Shown here: one piece after another, positions 1 through 13,347 of the stretch
Position numbering within the stretch: the stretch's first letter is position 1
How the letters are laid out: every line of letters begins with the position of its first letter
NCBI GenBank assembly: GCA_904063045.1
Contig: CAJFCJ010000044.1
Coordinates: forward strand, 124,001-188,000
Direction: 5' to 3'
DNA length: 64,000 nucleotides
DNA from: Dimorphilus gyrociliatus
Lineage: Eukaryota; Animalia; Annelida
The notes under the pieces: generated by a model
Seen by the model: only the letters and a program-made list of their open reading frames with translations
Database searches by the model: none
Told to the model about the DNA's origin: nothing
Translations under genes and position numbers: made by a program

Positions 1-357
1 TACATTGGAAAATCTATTGAGTCAGTAGTTTTAATCTAGAAGCTAGCTTTCTTATAACTCTTCCTTTTGTAGGTGGTCAGGTGAGGGCGTTGATGAGGTT
101 GGAAGAGAAAAGGAGACTGGTATTGTAAGAATTCGTGTAGATCCAAAATATTATAGGCCAACTGAAGTTGAATTTCTTCAAGGCGATTCAACAAAAGCAA
201 GAAAACATTTGAATTGGCAACCAAAATTCGATTTTCAAGTAAGTCTTGACGTAGAGTGAAAAATAATATATATTGTATACAATTATTAACTTAGGATCTG
301 GTTGAAGATATGATGAAAAGTGATCTGAAACTTATAAAAGAAAATCCTGCAGCTTGA
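1..357 (+). CDS. GMDS: GDP-mannose 4,6-dehydratase, last three exons (1-20, 73-238, 295-357); gene starts upstream of the window
   Basis: Spliced translation YIGKSIE|[55 protein letters not shown]|[20 protein letters not shown] matches the GMDS C-terminus (YYRPTEV.FLQGD); GT-AG introns of 52 and 56 bp keep frame. Confidence 0.95.
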
Positions 358-1151
358 AGTCTCCTTTAGCTCTATCATTTCTTCAAGAAAATCTTTACGA
401 ACTTTTCAAAATTCTTCTATGAAACATTTCCATTTGGAACAGAATAGGCAAATCATTGTCTATGTCTGTTCTTCGCTTATCCTATCATTCAGGTGTCAAC
501 CCTGGGGTTTAGTTTTTTGTCAATAGTGTCTACTCTCTATTTTGTACTCTTTCGGATAAGAATTGGTCTATTCAATACAAATTGTTCTTATGAAATATGA
601 AAATAAATGGCGCCATCTAAAAGGTACAAGTACCAAATACATTTGATCCTAATTCACTCTAACCACTTCTCTTAGAAATTTTCATAATTTCTAAATCTAA
701 GAAGATAGGAGATGTAGATTGTTCTTTCTATCTATCCAACAATCAGGTAATAATTTGGAATGATAAATTCATCATTAAATGTAAATTTCAAGAAGATATG
801 GGTTGTATACTCTAGTCATACCTAGTCAAATTGGAATTCAGTACAAGAATTCACATTCATAGATGGAGATTTACAGAAGAATGATAAACTATTCAATTTG
901 TTTGAATTCAATTTTATAAGAGAAGTTGTAGGGTTGTAAGTCTAACCAAAAAGAGAAAAGAGAGAGGAAAAATGAAATTGTAATACAAACTTTCTTTCTT
1001 AAAGATTACTTGTAATATGTTTTTTATTCATAATCATGTCCATTGAAGCTTTCTACTACCGAAATAGGTAAAATTTAATCAATTAAATAATTCAAATTAT
1101 AGATGACCTATTTCTTTGTTACAGGCAAACACAGGCTAAAACTTGGAACTA

Positions 1152-1341
1152 CTAGTAATAAGTATTAGTATCATCTCCAAATTTTACATTTATACTTTTA
1201 AAATCAGATTTTACAACTATGTGTCCTTGAATAGCACTTCTGCAAGTTGGACATTTAAATTTTGGCAGATTCTGCAGACACTTTTCACAGCAGACAAGAT
1301 GATTACAAGGCATCAGTAATATATTAGCCAAATTATTAAAT
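1152..1341 (-). CDS. Terminal exon encoding most of a C3HC4 RING finger (IAP/MGRN1-like type); upstream exons not resolved
   Basis: After acceptor TTTTAG: FNNLANILLMPCNHLVCCEKCLQNLPKFKCPTCRSAIQGHIVVKSDF...YY*; the first CxxC was not found. Confidence 0.65.
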
Positions 1342-1793
1342 CTAAAAGGGATTACTCAATGTTTTACATAAGCAAAGAGCGATAGGTATTGCTTATATTC
1401 ACAAGAGAAATAAGTCAGACAGCTAATTCTACCATTTGGTACGTTTCCATTCAAAATGCAAACTTTGTCAACAGTATCTACTTTTTCTAAGTCATAGGTC
1501 CACCTAGTTAATCAATTTCTGTCTCGTTTATTTAAATATACCAAAAAACAACATTATCATTCAGTTTACATTGATAAACCTTACAATTGTCATGTGATAT
1601 AGAGTTCAATTAGTGAAAGAGTGAAAGGAAACCAGTCAAGAAAATCCTTGAACCATCTGTTTGAATTTATTCACAATTCAATGCTTTTGTAGTATCTTTG
1701 ACAAATACCTTTTACCCTTTTTAAACAGGAATAGCCATTTAATATTAAGGGTGAAGGTGATAGGAAGCAACACAAATTTCTGTATGGATAATT

Positions 1794-3356
1794 CTACAAT
1801 CTGTGTATTTCGTATTCGCATATTTGCATATTTTCATCAGTTAATCCAAATCCCTTAATATAAACAGCTTGGCAATGTTGAGAATTACAACTGCAAATAT
1901 AATTACAATACGTATCATCTCCAGTAGTCACGTGACACGTATTAAAAATGCCAAAAAATTCGGGGTTAACTTGTAAATCGTGGGGAACGTAGGCAAAAAC
2001 ACCAGAATTCAAAAGGCTATTTATTGGATTAATGCACTGTTTCAAGTTGGTTCCTTTAATACGAATTTCGAAATCTGTCGAGTTTGTTCCAACAGTTGGC
2101 CACGGAATTCTAAGAGAAAATTGCTTTTCGGTTGTTATAGTAACGCATGTATCAATATCTGAGTCGGTAATATCGATAGTCTTTTGATCGTTTATCGTGG
2201 TAAAATCATTAAAAATTGGTTGAAGAATACAAGAATATCCAACAATATCTTGAGTATTAATAGGAGTAGCTTCGCATAATTCAGTGGTATGAGTAGTACA
2301 GTGATTAACGGCGTCGTTGACTAGATAAGTAAAAGTTTTACAACTTTCAGCGTTACATATGTCTTTACAAGCAGTGGCATCTACAGCCAAATGTTCTTCC
2401 AGTTCATCACAAGCCCTGTTGAAACATGTTGCGGAACTAGTAGCTAGCTTATAATATGTCATTTGAGTAGTTGTAACCAATCCACTGGGAGCTTGGTAAC
2501 TTTTTGACATTTCGCATTTTTCTTGATCAAAATTATACACAAAATATTTACATTCACTATTCGAAAGGCATGCCGTTCCGCAATCATTCAAACTAATAAA
2601 AGTGTACAAAGCTAATTGGTCAACGGTTGATGGGATTTTATTGTATTTAATAAATCCAGGAATATACGTATCGCCGTAAAAACATTTACTATTTTTCCAA
2701 CAACCTCCACGTTCATTGCATCTAGTTTCATAGGTATTACTAGAACCTGCAATTTTCTCACTTGAATATGAACAATAAACTGGATTTGTAAATTCTTCTG
2801 CAAAAGCAAACAAAATACGTATTTATTACTAAATATTCAATAGGAAGAAAACTGCAAAACATTTACTGCAATATTTATGGGATGGTCCAACATATTTTGA
2901 ATTAGATTGAACTATTAAATCATTAGGATATGATAAACTATCGCCAGAGTTTATTGAACATTTCCCATCTGGAAAGTCATAGTTTATAGATCTGCAAACC
3001 AAAAAAGAAAACAATGGAACATGGGGAAGATAATGGAAAGGGATCATAGAATAATAAAAAGACAAAAGTTCTCTCTTACTTGCAGTTTTCCATTTCAAAA
3101 CATTTTGATCTACATTCTTCATAGGTACTTTCCAGCTCTTCAATTTTATGATTAATTAGAACTTTTTCAAAAAGTTCCAAAGTGAAGCAATCTGTCAAAA
3201 AAGAATAAAAAAAATTACATTACGTTCTTTTATTTAAAATTCAAAAATTTTCTCTTCTCTCCCTTTCTTACTTTCTTTAAATCCAATAGAGATTTTTACT
3301 TTCAAATTGATAATTGAGGAAATTGCCAATAATTTGATGATTGTTATACTATCCAT
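1794..3356 (-). CDS. Secreted multi-PAN/apple-domain protein with a cysteine-rich C-terminal domain of unknown family
   Basis: Signal-like exon MDSITIIKLLAISSIINL (ATG 3356); split PAN domain EECRSKCFEMENCK|SINYDFPDGKCSIN; large exon with DCGTACLSNSECKYFVY and ACKDICNAESCKTFTY. Confidence 0.8.
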
Positions 3357-4096
3357 TTCTCTTATTATTTTCTTCCAAAATTTATCTTCTGGATAGACAA
3401 TGCATATTCAAATATGCATTCTATTTCATATTTCATGATTTCATTATACAATTCCATAGTATTTTCATTTATCATTTATCACGTGATCATTTAACTGACT
3501 CTTTTCTTTTCGTTGTATTGAACAGTTGTTGCGAAACTTGCTTATAAATTATTTAAAAATAATGGAATGAATTATTAGATAAAGAGAAACGAGCTTCAGT
3601 CTGTTGTATAGCTTTAGAGAATGACAAACGAATGTCAAGAACGTCTTTTTCACTAATCTAATTAAAGTTTAAAGAAACCATAGTTTTATCTGATTAATAT
3701 TTAAAAATTCAGAAAATAGTGTTGCAGGTATATATATAATCAGTTAGGGAATAGGTGAAAATTTTAGGCCTATGCTGATGATTAAGATACAGGAAAACGA
3801 GATTAAGTAAATAATTTCTAGAACTTACACTTAACTTTTTAAATATAGAAGTTTTGATTACGACGGACACTGCCGTTTAAACAATATTGCAACAGGAATG
3901 GTAACAAACATAAACTTTACTGTCCACGTTAAAGTTTATGGTAAGTTATTAAAAATTAAATAGAATATCAATTCAATGCATAGAATGTATAACATTAACA
4001 TTACAAAAATATTCCATTATCGCTCGGGCAAATAGAATATTTTTTGCAAGATCAAGAGCATATCCTTCGACTATCCTTTCGTAAACAGTAAATTGC

Positions 4097-4135
4097 AAAA
4101 AAAGAAAAGAAAAAAAAAGAGAAAAAAGAGTAAAA
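4097..4135 (-). terminator. Pol III oligo-T terminator of the tRNA
   Basis: Several T runs of 4 or more on the minus strand immediately 3' of the tRNA. Confidence 0.6.
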
Positions 4136-4141
4136 GGAAAT

Positions 4142-4215
4142 TGCTCCCACTGGGGGTCGAACCCAGGACATTCGCGTTATTAGCACGACGCTCTAACCAA
4201 CTGAGCTATGGAAGC
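4142..4215 (-). tRNA. tRNA-Ile (anticodon AAT)
   Basis: GCTTCCATAGCTCAGTTGGTTAGAGCGTCGTGCTAATAACGCGAATGTCCTGGGTTCGACCCCCAGTGGGAGCA folds as a cloverleaf: acceptor GCTTCCA/TGGGAGC, anticodon stem TCGTG/CGCGA with loop CTAATAA, T-arm CTGGG-TTCGACC-CCCAG. Confidence 0.95.
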
Positions 4216-4339
4216 TGCTATACACTTTTGCTAAAAATGCGGCTATATAACTTATTACATTTTATAAAGCATACTAAAAGGAAATTTTTATTTTGTTACA
4301 CACGCTTATCACCTAATTGATAATATTTTCAGTGCAACC

Positions 4340-4870
4340 CTAAGCTGGCTCACCAGAAAATAGGGGCTGTTATAAAAAACATTGGGTTGTTTTAAGCATA
4401 AAATCAGGACTGTAGGCCTCTCCTCAATCCTCGGCTGAAACGTTACCTTCCACTCATATATTTCCTCCAGGCGAAAGTCGATTTTCCACGAAACCATAGT
4501 GCAGGACATTGTCTAGTTGATAGGTAGATAGATAGATAGATATAGAGAGAGGGAAAGAGAATGAATATGCTAATTTTTTACAACTATTAAACAACTCCAA
4601 CTTACATTCTGCCTTCTTAATATAAGTAGTATAACTGCTGCCTTTGGCAGGCTCTCTAATTCCAGTATAGGTAAAACATATTCGACCAATCATTGCAAAA
4701 GCTTCGCATTCCGAATAATTTGAACAGATAGTAGAACATTGCTCTAAAGTTTTATTGGGATATTTAACAAAGGGGCTGGCTAATTGCCTCATCTCTATCT
4801 TTGTCTTCTTCACAATCAGATATTGTCGTTAAATTATCGATTTTATTGTTATAATTCCAATATGATTTGT
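4340..4870 (-). pseudogene. PAN-domain gene remnant followed by a degenerate second exon
   Basis: EQCSTICSNYSECEAFAMIGRICFTY (PAN pattern), GTAAG donor, then CPALWFRG... with in-frame stops; in-frame TAA also just upstream of 4813. Confidence 0.55.
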
Positions 4871-5220
4871 CTTCATTCTGCAATGGAATACAGCAATTAC
4901 CATTCTATTTTACAGCAATTTATAGACGACTAGAGATTTTAAGAATTTTCATAAATTTCATTGAATAGATAAAGAGATAGTAATAATAATATTTTGTAGT
5001 GTATGCGTTATCGGATATGATTAGGGCTGGTTAAGAAAGAGTTAGTTATTAAGACAGAGAAACTCAATGAAAATTTACCTTGACATGTTATACTTAAAAG
5101 CCTAGTGCATAATATACTTCTTATTGATAAAAATGATACTTTTATAACTCACACTGTTAAAGAGTTCAATAAAAAAATGTAAGCCTATGTCTTACAATTA
5201 TACTCCCTCCCTCTAATGTA

Positions 5221-5310
5221 GGGCTGAACTGAGGGTTAGGAAGCATCAAGTGGAAACAATCCTCTTAACTGGTGGGTTAGGGTTAGGGTAAAACACCAAA
5301 AACTGGACAC
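5221..5310 (+). repeat. Telomere-motif-bearing dispersed repeat (family Y variant)
   Basis: CTGAACTGAGGGTTAGGAAGCAT...GGGTTAGGGTTAGGGTAAAACACC; reverse-complement match at 59810-59880; right end matches 57545-57565. Confidence 0.55.
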
Positions 5311-5754
5311 ATATTTTAACAGTTATAGTTTTCTTCTTTTGTAGAATATTCCGTCAACAACTTAACTGTTATTTACTTGAAAATTCACTGGAAAAAAATA
5401 AGTCTAAAAGGTGATTTCCAACCTCAACTAGAGTGTGTTTAAATCTCGTAATATCCAGTTTAAATACAATATTTATCAATATAACTTTCTGTAACTGTGT
5501 TATAGGAAAATCTTCATTAGAAATTCATTCAAACATGGAACTTCCTCCCCACCATGAACACAATAGGAAAAGTTAATTTGTATCATGGAAGATGAAGATG
5601 ACTTTAGTCCATGACATATCTTCTTAAATCCTTTTCTTACCTTGTGGAATACTTGCTAAAAAGTTTTATTGTTGTTGTTGTTTTTTTTTTAAAAAAAAAG
5701 AGACATTAAGTTAAAAATAAATTTTGTTCTTTTAAATTTAAAAAACAAATTATC

Positions 5755-6077
5755 TTATGACAAGCGAATTGTTTCACATAAACGTCGGTGTGAGAATCAT
5801 AGACAAATGATTAATCTTTTGAATATAGTTTGGATGAAGATTACAATATTCTTTACACTCTTTGAAACTGCAAAGTTCAAATTCCATCAATTTTTCTATA
5901 CTAGCTCTCAACGTCGACTGAGCATCATAGGAACAAGAAGCTAGAAAATTAATGTTGATTTTTGAGCAAAGAAAAAAAATTGAATTTACCACGTGCGACA
6001 TTTTCCATTGATGGTGTGAGTAGTATCAATACTATTGTAAAAAATTTTAAATATCTGAAATAAGTAGAAGAAACCAT
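5755..6077 (-). pseudogene. Small secreted PAN-domain gene with a frameshift
   Basis: Signal exon MVSSTYFRYLKFFTIVLILLTPS; exon 2 ECKEYCNLHPN, with SFVYD continuing in another frame. Confidence 0.5.
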
Positions 6078-6989
6078 CTTTCAAACATTCAAAACTCTTT
6101 GATGCAGAAATTAAAATAAAAGCTTTATATAAGCCTATAAAATAGGATGGACCCAATAGACGAATTTGTAAATGATCAAACGTTATTTATAAATAGATAT
6201 ATTGAATTGATATTGTTTTTCTTGTATTTTTTGAACAGGTGGTGACCCAGAATATTCAGCATCATCTTTAAAAATCAATTATTTTTTGCTTTTGAATTTT
6301 ATATTAATATTTAAATTTTTTAAATTAAAAATTTTCTTTCATCTCTTTGTTATTTAAAAGAATAAAAAATACTTTTGAATAATTAAATTTAATTTTTGAA
6401 TTGTTTTTTAATCATCCAGAAAATTGTCTGGCAAAAAATTAGATTAGGACTTTGTTAATTCTGTAGTTGACCCCTATTTGAACTTGTTCTGTATTCATGC
6501 GATTCACTCGCATATAAATGTCCAAATTTTCAAACTAACATCCAATTATGAAGAGTAAAAATCTTGTTTCAGATGACCTTCTCAGACGATTAGATGATTG
6601 GAATGGAACAGTGATCGTTTATATGCTATACAATTTGCCATTTAACATCCAATCATCACTTTTCAATTGGTGAATTGTCTAGTTCATGTTGATGTTTAAT
6701 AATAGGATGTTTCAAAGTCTGATAGAATTATAACTTGGCCTTAATGTTTCTGTTACATAATTGGATTTACTAGGCATTTTAGTAACAATTTCACTTCCCA
6801 ACTGACAAATATATAATTATATCCAATTATTTATAATCTTACCATTAATTTATAAATACTAAAATTCCTATTGGTTATCACGTGACTACAGCGTAGTCAA
6901 GGTTACGCATATTTATATATATATCTTCTTTGGAATCTTTCAATTGATGATTTCTATTCATTGAGTTAAAATTTTGAAGAATTTGAATT

Positions 6990-8267
6990 ATGGCAGATTC
7001 TTTTTTGAATATTTCAACAATTCTAGTTCTAATACTTTTCAGTCACTTTCAATATGATGGTAAGTTTTTGTGTTTAGGCCTAATTGTGAATTATTATCTT
7101 CTTCCTTTCCAGAAGCGGTAAAAATTTCGCAAACGGTTTGCGAAAATCATTCATTAAATGTTATTTGTCCCGTTAATCGGGTAATTTCTATAAATAGCAT
7201 TATTTATGGTAGGGAAAAGGGAGATTTTAAGACGTGCTATAGGCGTTTTTTGAGTAAAAGTCCATTTAGAGAAAGAATATTTGCTAATGTTTGTAAAGCA
7301 AAAAATGGAGATGAAATAGTTAGTAAGCACTGCAATGGGAAAAGATTGTGTTCAGTTAGAGCTCAGAATAAAATTTTTGGAGATCCATGCTTTGGAATTC
7401 ATAAATATTTAACAGTAAAGTATGAATGTATTAAAGGTAAATAAAGGAATTTTTTCCAACTAAAAACTCAATAATAATTTTTTAATTCATATTTTAGACA
7501 CAAATAGAAAAGTTGCATGTGAACATAAAACATTAAATTTAGTATGTCCATATGGAAATGTTATTAAAATAAAATCGGCACTGTATGGAAGACAGAAGAA
7601 GGAATTTACAATTTGTAAATTCAAGAATTCTTTGAAAGTAGAAAAGAGAATTTATGAAAATAGTTGCAATTCTTCAAAATCCTATTTAAAAGTATCTCAA
7701 TTGTGTAATAATAGACAAAGATGCAGTGTAAAGGCAAAAAATTCTGTATTTGGAGATCCTTGTGTTGGAATTTTTAAATATTTAGAAGTTAAATATATTT
7801 GTGAAATTCCATCACCAAAAACAACAACAACAACTATTAGACCAACTTCTACACTACAAAGCTATGTTCATTGTAAGTTTCTTTCACTATTTTTCTTCTT
7901 TCAAAATTCAACTAATCTTCAACATTTATCTCTTCCTTTTTAAGATAAAATTCCAATAACAGTTTGTAGAAATTTTTTCATCTATTTAACCTGTCCACTG
8001 GGATCTAAAATTATTATTAATCATGTTTTCTATGGAAGTGGAGACAATGGCAAGAGAAATTGCTCTGAGAAATTTTTGAGAGAGTTTTATTCAAAAGAGA
8101 ATAATCATCTATGCGAATCATTAGATTCAACAAAAATGATAGCTCAAAGGTGTAATAATAGACATGAATGCAAATTAGTAGCCAGTCATTATTCCACTCA
8201 TTATAGCTGTTGTAATAATTTCAATTATTTTACAATCATTTATTCTTGTTTCAAGGTGAAAGAATAA
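6990..8267 (+). CDS. Secreted rhamnose-binding/SUEL-type (Gal_lectin) lectin with three tandem domains
   Basis: Exons 6990-7059 (signal), 7113-7436, 7498-~7872, ~7946-8267; each domain has CE..L.+.CP...I.I....YGR and C.V.A.N..FGDPC.G..KYL.V.Y.C; Thr-rich linker; domain 3 lacks the GDPC motif. Confidence 0.9.
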
Positions 8268-8543
8268 AAACAGAAAGTAGGTCATTAAAAAATTTTCAGA
8301 ATAAAATATAATTATTTGCAACAAAAAAAAAGATATTTTTCTTAATTAATTAATCAACTAGACAAATTTATTATCAGGTTAAATCTAGGCCTAACCAACT
8401 AATATGGAAATTTGTTTGTATAGTCTTACAAATATAATTGGGTACACTATTAGAATTTATTAATTATATTATATAATAAGCTTTTATTGTCAGTGTTTTT
8501 TGTTCTAATTTCTCAAAATATTAGAAAATATTGAAGGATTTTT

Positions 8544-11500
8544 CTATAGATTTTTATCTTTTACCAATACATCTCTTATCCAGTGATGATATGTTGAAAC
8601 CTTTTAGCACAAGAAACATTCAAATATCATAGATAAATATAAAAATACAACTAACCCTAGCAGAGTATGTCAATTTTTTTTTACAAAGAGAATCTCCTCC
8701 ATTAACAATACCAACAATTGTCCAGTAATCATCAATATAACAGAATAAAGGACCTCCAGAATCTCCCTGGTAATGGTGTTAAAAGAATTTCACATAAAAA
8801 ATCTTTTTTGAATGATAAATAATATTAATAAAAAAAATGTTTACATGGCAAGAATTTCCTGGATAATTCACACTTTCTGCACAAATATTTTGTGGATAGC
8901 TTACAGATTTGACAACAATAGGATATTTTTTATTGCAGGACTGTTCAGTCATCAATCTTTGTTCAACTCTCCATAGATAATTTGTTTCATCTAAAATTTC
9001 AGATATTTATCAATTTTTTTCTAATTAAATTTCAATTTCAATTTTACTTGGTAAAAAAAAGGAAACTTTTTCAGACCAAAACCGGAAGTTTGACAAGGTA
9101 TATTGAGATATTCCACATTATCGCTCTCAGGTAAACAAATTGGAAAAATCCTTTCAGAAAATTTTACATATGATGACAATCTAAAGATTGCAATGTCGTG
9201 TTGACGTCCATCATATTTAGGATTAATGTAAAATTTGTTAATCTTTATTTTATCTGCAATCTGTCTTTTATCACCTGTTCCAAACACTGCATAAAACTCT
9301 GTAGACCTATATTTATTGGATTATAATGATTATTCAAAAAACAAAATTAGAGTTCTAATGGATAGAAGATAAAATGTCCTTCACATCTTAGCCTTGAAAC
9401 AGTGAACTTGATACATATGGGACATTTTATCAAATTTTTTATATTTACAATTATATCTACCCTTGAAGACAATGAGCAGCTGTAAGAGCATACTTTTCAC
9501 TGATTAATACTGCACCACAAATATATGTTAGATTTCTTAAAATAATTCCCTAAAATTAATCATTTGAGTATTGTTAAATAAAGCATTGATTCTCTCATTT
9601 ACCTGCCATGGAATTTCTTCAATATTTACCCTTTTTCCACCAACAATATATTTTGAAACTGATGATATTCTACCACATGACACATTCAACAATTGTCTAT
9701 TTGAATCTATTGGTTTTTTAAATATAATATTCATATAGTATGAAATTCTTTTTACTTACTTGAATGGCAGTATTTTACATTCAATCTTTTAATTATGACA
9801 CTTTTATTACTAAGAATTGTTGAATTTGCAATTATGATAATATGTTCAATTATTGAAATTTTCCAACTAAGTAAATTTATTCTTTTTTATTAGTAAAATG
9901 TATATAAAACCTGATTCAAATTCTCTTCTAAATGATATAAATAATAGTTTGAATTTATAGTTTTAAGTTCTCTGAAAAGAAATAAAATAGAACATTCATA
10001 TTATTTTTTCGCAAAGGAAACAAATATTTCAACTTCTTTAGTGTTTTATTCCCAGAAATCACTTTTAAATTTACTAATATTTCATTTTTTGATGTCATTC
10101 CTAAACTTTTTATCCATAAGTATAAGCATATTTCTTTATTTTCCAATTGAATATTTTCATTCTGAGATATTAATTGAGAAATTTGATTCTTTTCAGAATT
10201 TTTACCAGTTATTATGAAATGATTGCTAATTTTTTGTTTTTTTTTCATTTCATTCACATTTTCATTTAACCATTGAAAGTTTTGATTATAAGGATTTTCA
10301 ACTTTATATCCACTGAGATCTTTAATAGAATTACAACCTTTAAAGAAAATTAACTTTTACTTGTAAATTACATTTTCAGATTGACAAGGAGAAGATTTAA
10401 ATACTTTTCTTTTCCTTCTTGTTTTTCTGTATGCCGTGTAAGCATTGCTCCTTAGCTAAGAATTCCATTTCATTTAAGGCAATGTACTCGGATTGTAGTA
10501 GTCCTCTAGTAATTTTGATAATGATCTATTTGAAATAATAGATCATAAATAAAACCATTTTTCTGAAGTGATATTTAAACAAATAAAAATAGAAATTTGA
10601 CTTTGAAATTTTCATTTGGTAAATCTAAGATAAATGCCTTATGCCATTGATTTGACAATACATCATTATCAATGATATGAGAAGATTCTACCTTTCTATT
10701 TTCCAATAAAATGAATAGCTAAAAGATATAGAATAATCTTATTGAACAAAAAAGAGAAAAGAGTAGTAAAATTAAAAAATTATTACAAACCATTATACTA
10801 AATTGATTTCTTGTTGTAGAGTATAGAAAGGAAATACAACTGTTGGACACTTTAAAATAGGGACTTTCAAATATAATAAAGGTATTAACGGATGGATAAA
10901 GTAAATGATTGGATATAAGAAGAAAATTTCCACCTGAAGAAAAATAAAATTTGGTGTGATTGTAAAAAATTGCATTTAGAATAGTAAATTCTTCTTAAAT
11001 AGAAAAAAAGCCAACATCTTTCATCATACAATCCATTGTAATGAGAAACTACAGTGATGACTCAATTGTTTAAATTGACAAAAATCATAATTAAAGGAAC
11101 AAATTATCATTTCTAAATGGATGAAAAAATTTATGTTTTTTTTTAATTTGATAAAGAGAAAAGGAATACTTTTAAACTTGGCTTTTTCTCTTTCCAATTT
11201 GAAATTATCAAATGTAAATTGCAATTTTTGTGATTCAAGAGATCTTATTTCAAATTTTACCTTTTATCATCAATACAAAAGTATCAATTATTGAAGTATT
11301 TAGATTTTCTATATATTTTTACTTACATTTTCAACATTTTCATAAATAAAAATCAAATTTTTTTTGGAGAAATGATGATATATATATCTATTTTTTGAAA
11401 TTTTAAAAAGTATGAAAAACTTTTCACACATAAATATTGTATACCAAACCTATAATTTGAACTATTCATACATTTGAAATATAAATTAATTTTAGAATTT

Positions 11501-11694
11501 GAAAAAAATCCATCAATATCAAAAGAAAGATATTTTTCGTCATAAGATCTAAATTCTGGTAAATATAATTCTGCTTTACCAAAGTTGAATTTTGAATTTT
11601 GAGTAAAATATAATTTCTTGTTCTTGCCTTTTAAAATCATAAATGTTGATTTATTGTTGTTGTTTAATGCAACAAAAGATAATATTACAACCAA
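8544..11694 (-). CDS. Trypsin-family serine protease with probable N-terminal MAM-like domains; 5' end unresolved at an LTR-like repeat
   Basis: Activation site KY-IVGG, TAAHC, HDIAIFRL and QGDSGGPL give a complete triad over several exons; upstream exons KLYFTQNSKFNFGKAELYLPEF..YLSFDIDG and FIIFESPYFKVSNSCISFLY resemble MAM repeats (weaker evidence). Confidence 0.8.
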
Positions 11695-11736
11695 GAGTAT
11701 AACTTTTCCATTGAAATTCTAAATTACTATTTACTA

Positions 11737-11915
11737 TGTAAATAAACTCTTGTTATTGTTGTCAACATGTTTGGTTATGTAACATCTTATATTTTGCTTA
11801 TAAAAGGGGTTGTTTCTGATAGTTCGGTCCCATCTACCCTAGAGGCAACATCTACTCTAATGCTTCTATCATATAGTATGTATCATTTATATAATATCTA
11901 TTAACTATAGTTCTT
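11737..11915 (-). repeat. LTR-like repeat family X, partial copy
   Basis: Aligns by eye to 13485-13640 and 45050-45230 (GTTGTCAACATG..TGGTTATGTAACA..TATAAAAGG..CTAGAGGCAACATCTAC). Confidence 0.7.
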
Positions 11916-11924
11916 TATTATATC

Positions 11925-12040
11925 ACACACATAGAGTACAATGATGAGATGAAGGCCAAATGGCGAACATGTGGCACTGCAGCACAGGCCTGCTTCAGTA
12001 GCATCTGGTATTGCCTAAGATGTAACAAATTTGACATGCA
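11925..12040 (+). repeat. Unclassified repeat family W, partial copy
   Basis: CATAGAGTACAATGATGAG..ACATGTGGCACTGCAGCACAG matches 51065-51170 and the reverse complement of 23065-23125. Confidence 0.6.
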
Positions 12041-12654
12041 TCTTTTCTATGTTCTTTGTTCCTTTATTAAATGCATAGTGGCTCCATCTAATATCGACAA
12101 ACAATCTATTTCCTACGAAATAGAGTTCTTTCTAAAGTTCTAGAATATTATTCTATGAAATAAAAGCCTTTATAAAGTTGTACCATTATAATTGCCACAA
12201 AATAGAAGTTATTCTTAAGTTCATTTATATCTAAAGTCTAAATATCGATATGTCATTATGTCTAAGTGTACAGAAGCCATGGTTTGTACTTGCAGCTTGT
12301 GTAACACTTTAACAAAATTTAAACCTATGCTAATGTTAAAGTTTAGTGAAATTGTTTTTGCTTTGTACTCTCTTTTCATATAATTATAATCTGTTTTTAA
12401 GACTCTCAAACATGTACAGATACAATTTCTTGTTTAATCAATAGAGCCAAAAGAAATCTGTGACCATAATTTATGTATAAACTCTATTAAATATTAAAAA
12501 GTTAGATTTTAGAATAAAATATTTTAACCAATATTCAATCAATCATATAGTTACCAACTTTCTTCTTTCTTTCTCAATTCATTTGAATTGAACCTAAACC
12601 TAATCCTTTCTCAATTTCTGTTCTAGAATCTTATCAGCAAACTAAATACTTAAT

Positions 12655-13255
12655 TTACAGTGTCCAAGAGTGTTTAGTTTTATACCATCAGCTATGGTGA
12701 AACATGATGACCCAGGAGGTAATTTCACCTGTACTTTTTCACCCAACAACTGCATTTTCTTTTCTGTAATGAAGGACATGACTTGAGAAGTACATCAAAA
12801 ATGGTACTTTGGCTCTTGTTCAACATGAGATATTGCAACTGTTCCAGCTGTGTTTTCCCTATCTGATGGCCTGTCATGTTTTTCACAACTAATTCTCAGG
12901 AGAGTTACCATTAATTCATACTCCTGTTTCCATGTTGGTTTCTACCATATCTTGGATTGTAACCTCTGTTCTCTTGACTACTGCATTGTTCAGTAGTCTT
13001 CTGTCCCCTATTTATTTCTTGAGATATTGGCTGACTTGAACTATTAGATGGTGGATTTCAAATGCTTCAACTTCCATATATAGAGGAGTTCTTAGGAAGA
13101 CTTAATGAAGCAGACTGCACATGTTTTGCAATGAAAGCTTCACAATCAACAGCTCCACCCAAAGTCTCTATTCTTTCCAAATATTCTTCCACTTTCAGCA
13201 AATACTCACTAATTTTCTCATCATCTTTACTTGATCTGCTAGTAGACGGTTAACT
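12655..13255 (-). mobile_element. Degenerate gag / aspartic-protease remnant of a probable Ty3/Gypsy-type LTR retrotransposon
   Basis: KDDEKISEYLLKVEEYLERI (gag-like), Asn/Gln/Arg-rich NC-like stretch, then MSFITEKK..LLG..CFTIADGIKLNTLGH (retropepsin-like); stops and frameshifts present. Confidence 0.5.
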
Positions 13256-13347
13256 TCCAGCACTAGCCGTTTTAGAAAGATGGGAATCCTGTTGATTACC
13301 TGCTAATTAAGAGGATTCATTCGGGACTGAATGCCTGTTACCACCCG

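Noticed and set aside
360-960. Possible degenerate LRR-like exon on the minus strand
   Set aside because: Several stops and too little motif conservation to support a call
4093-4320. 75-aa Lys-rich ORF
   Set aside because: Antisense read of the tRNA and its oligo-T terminator
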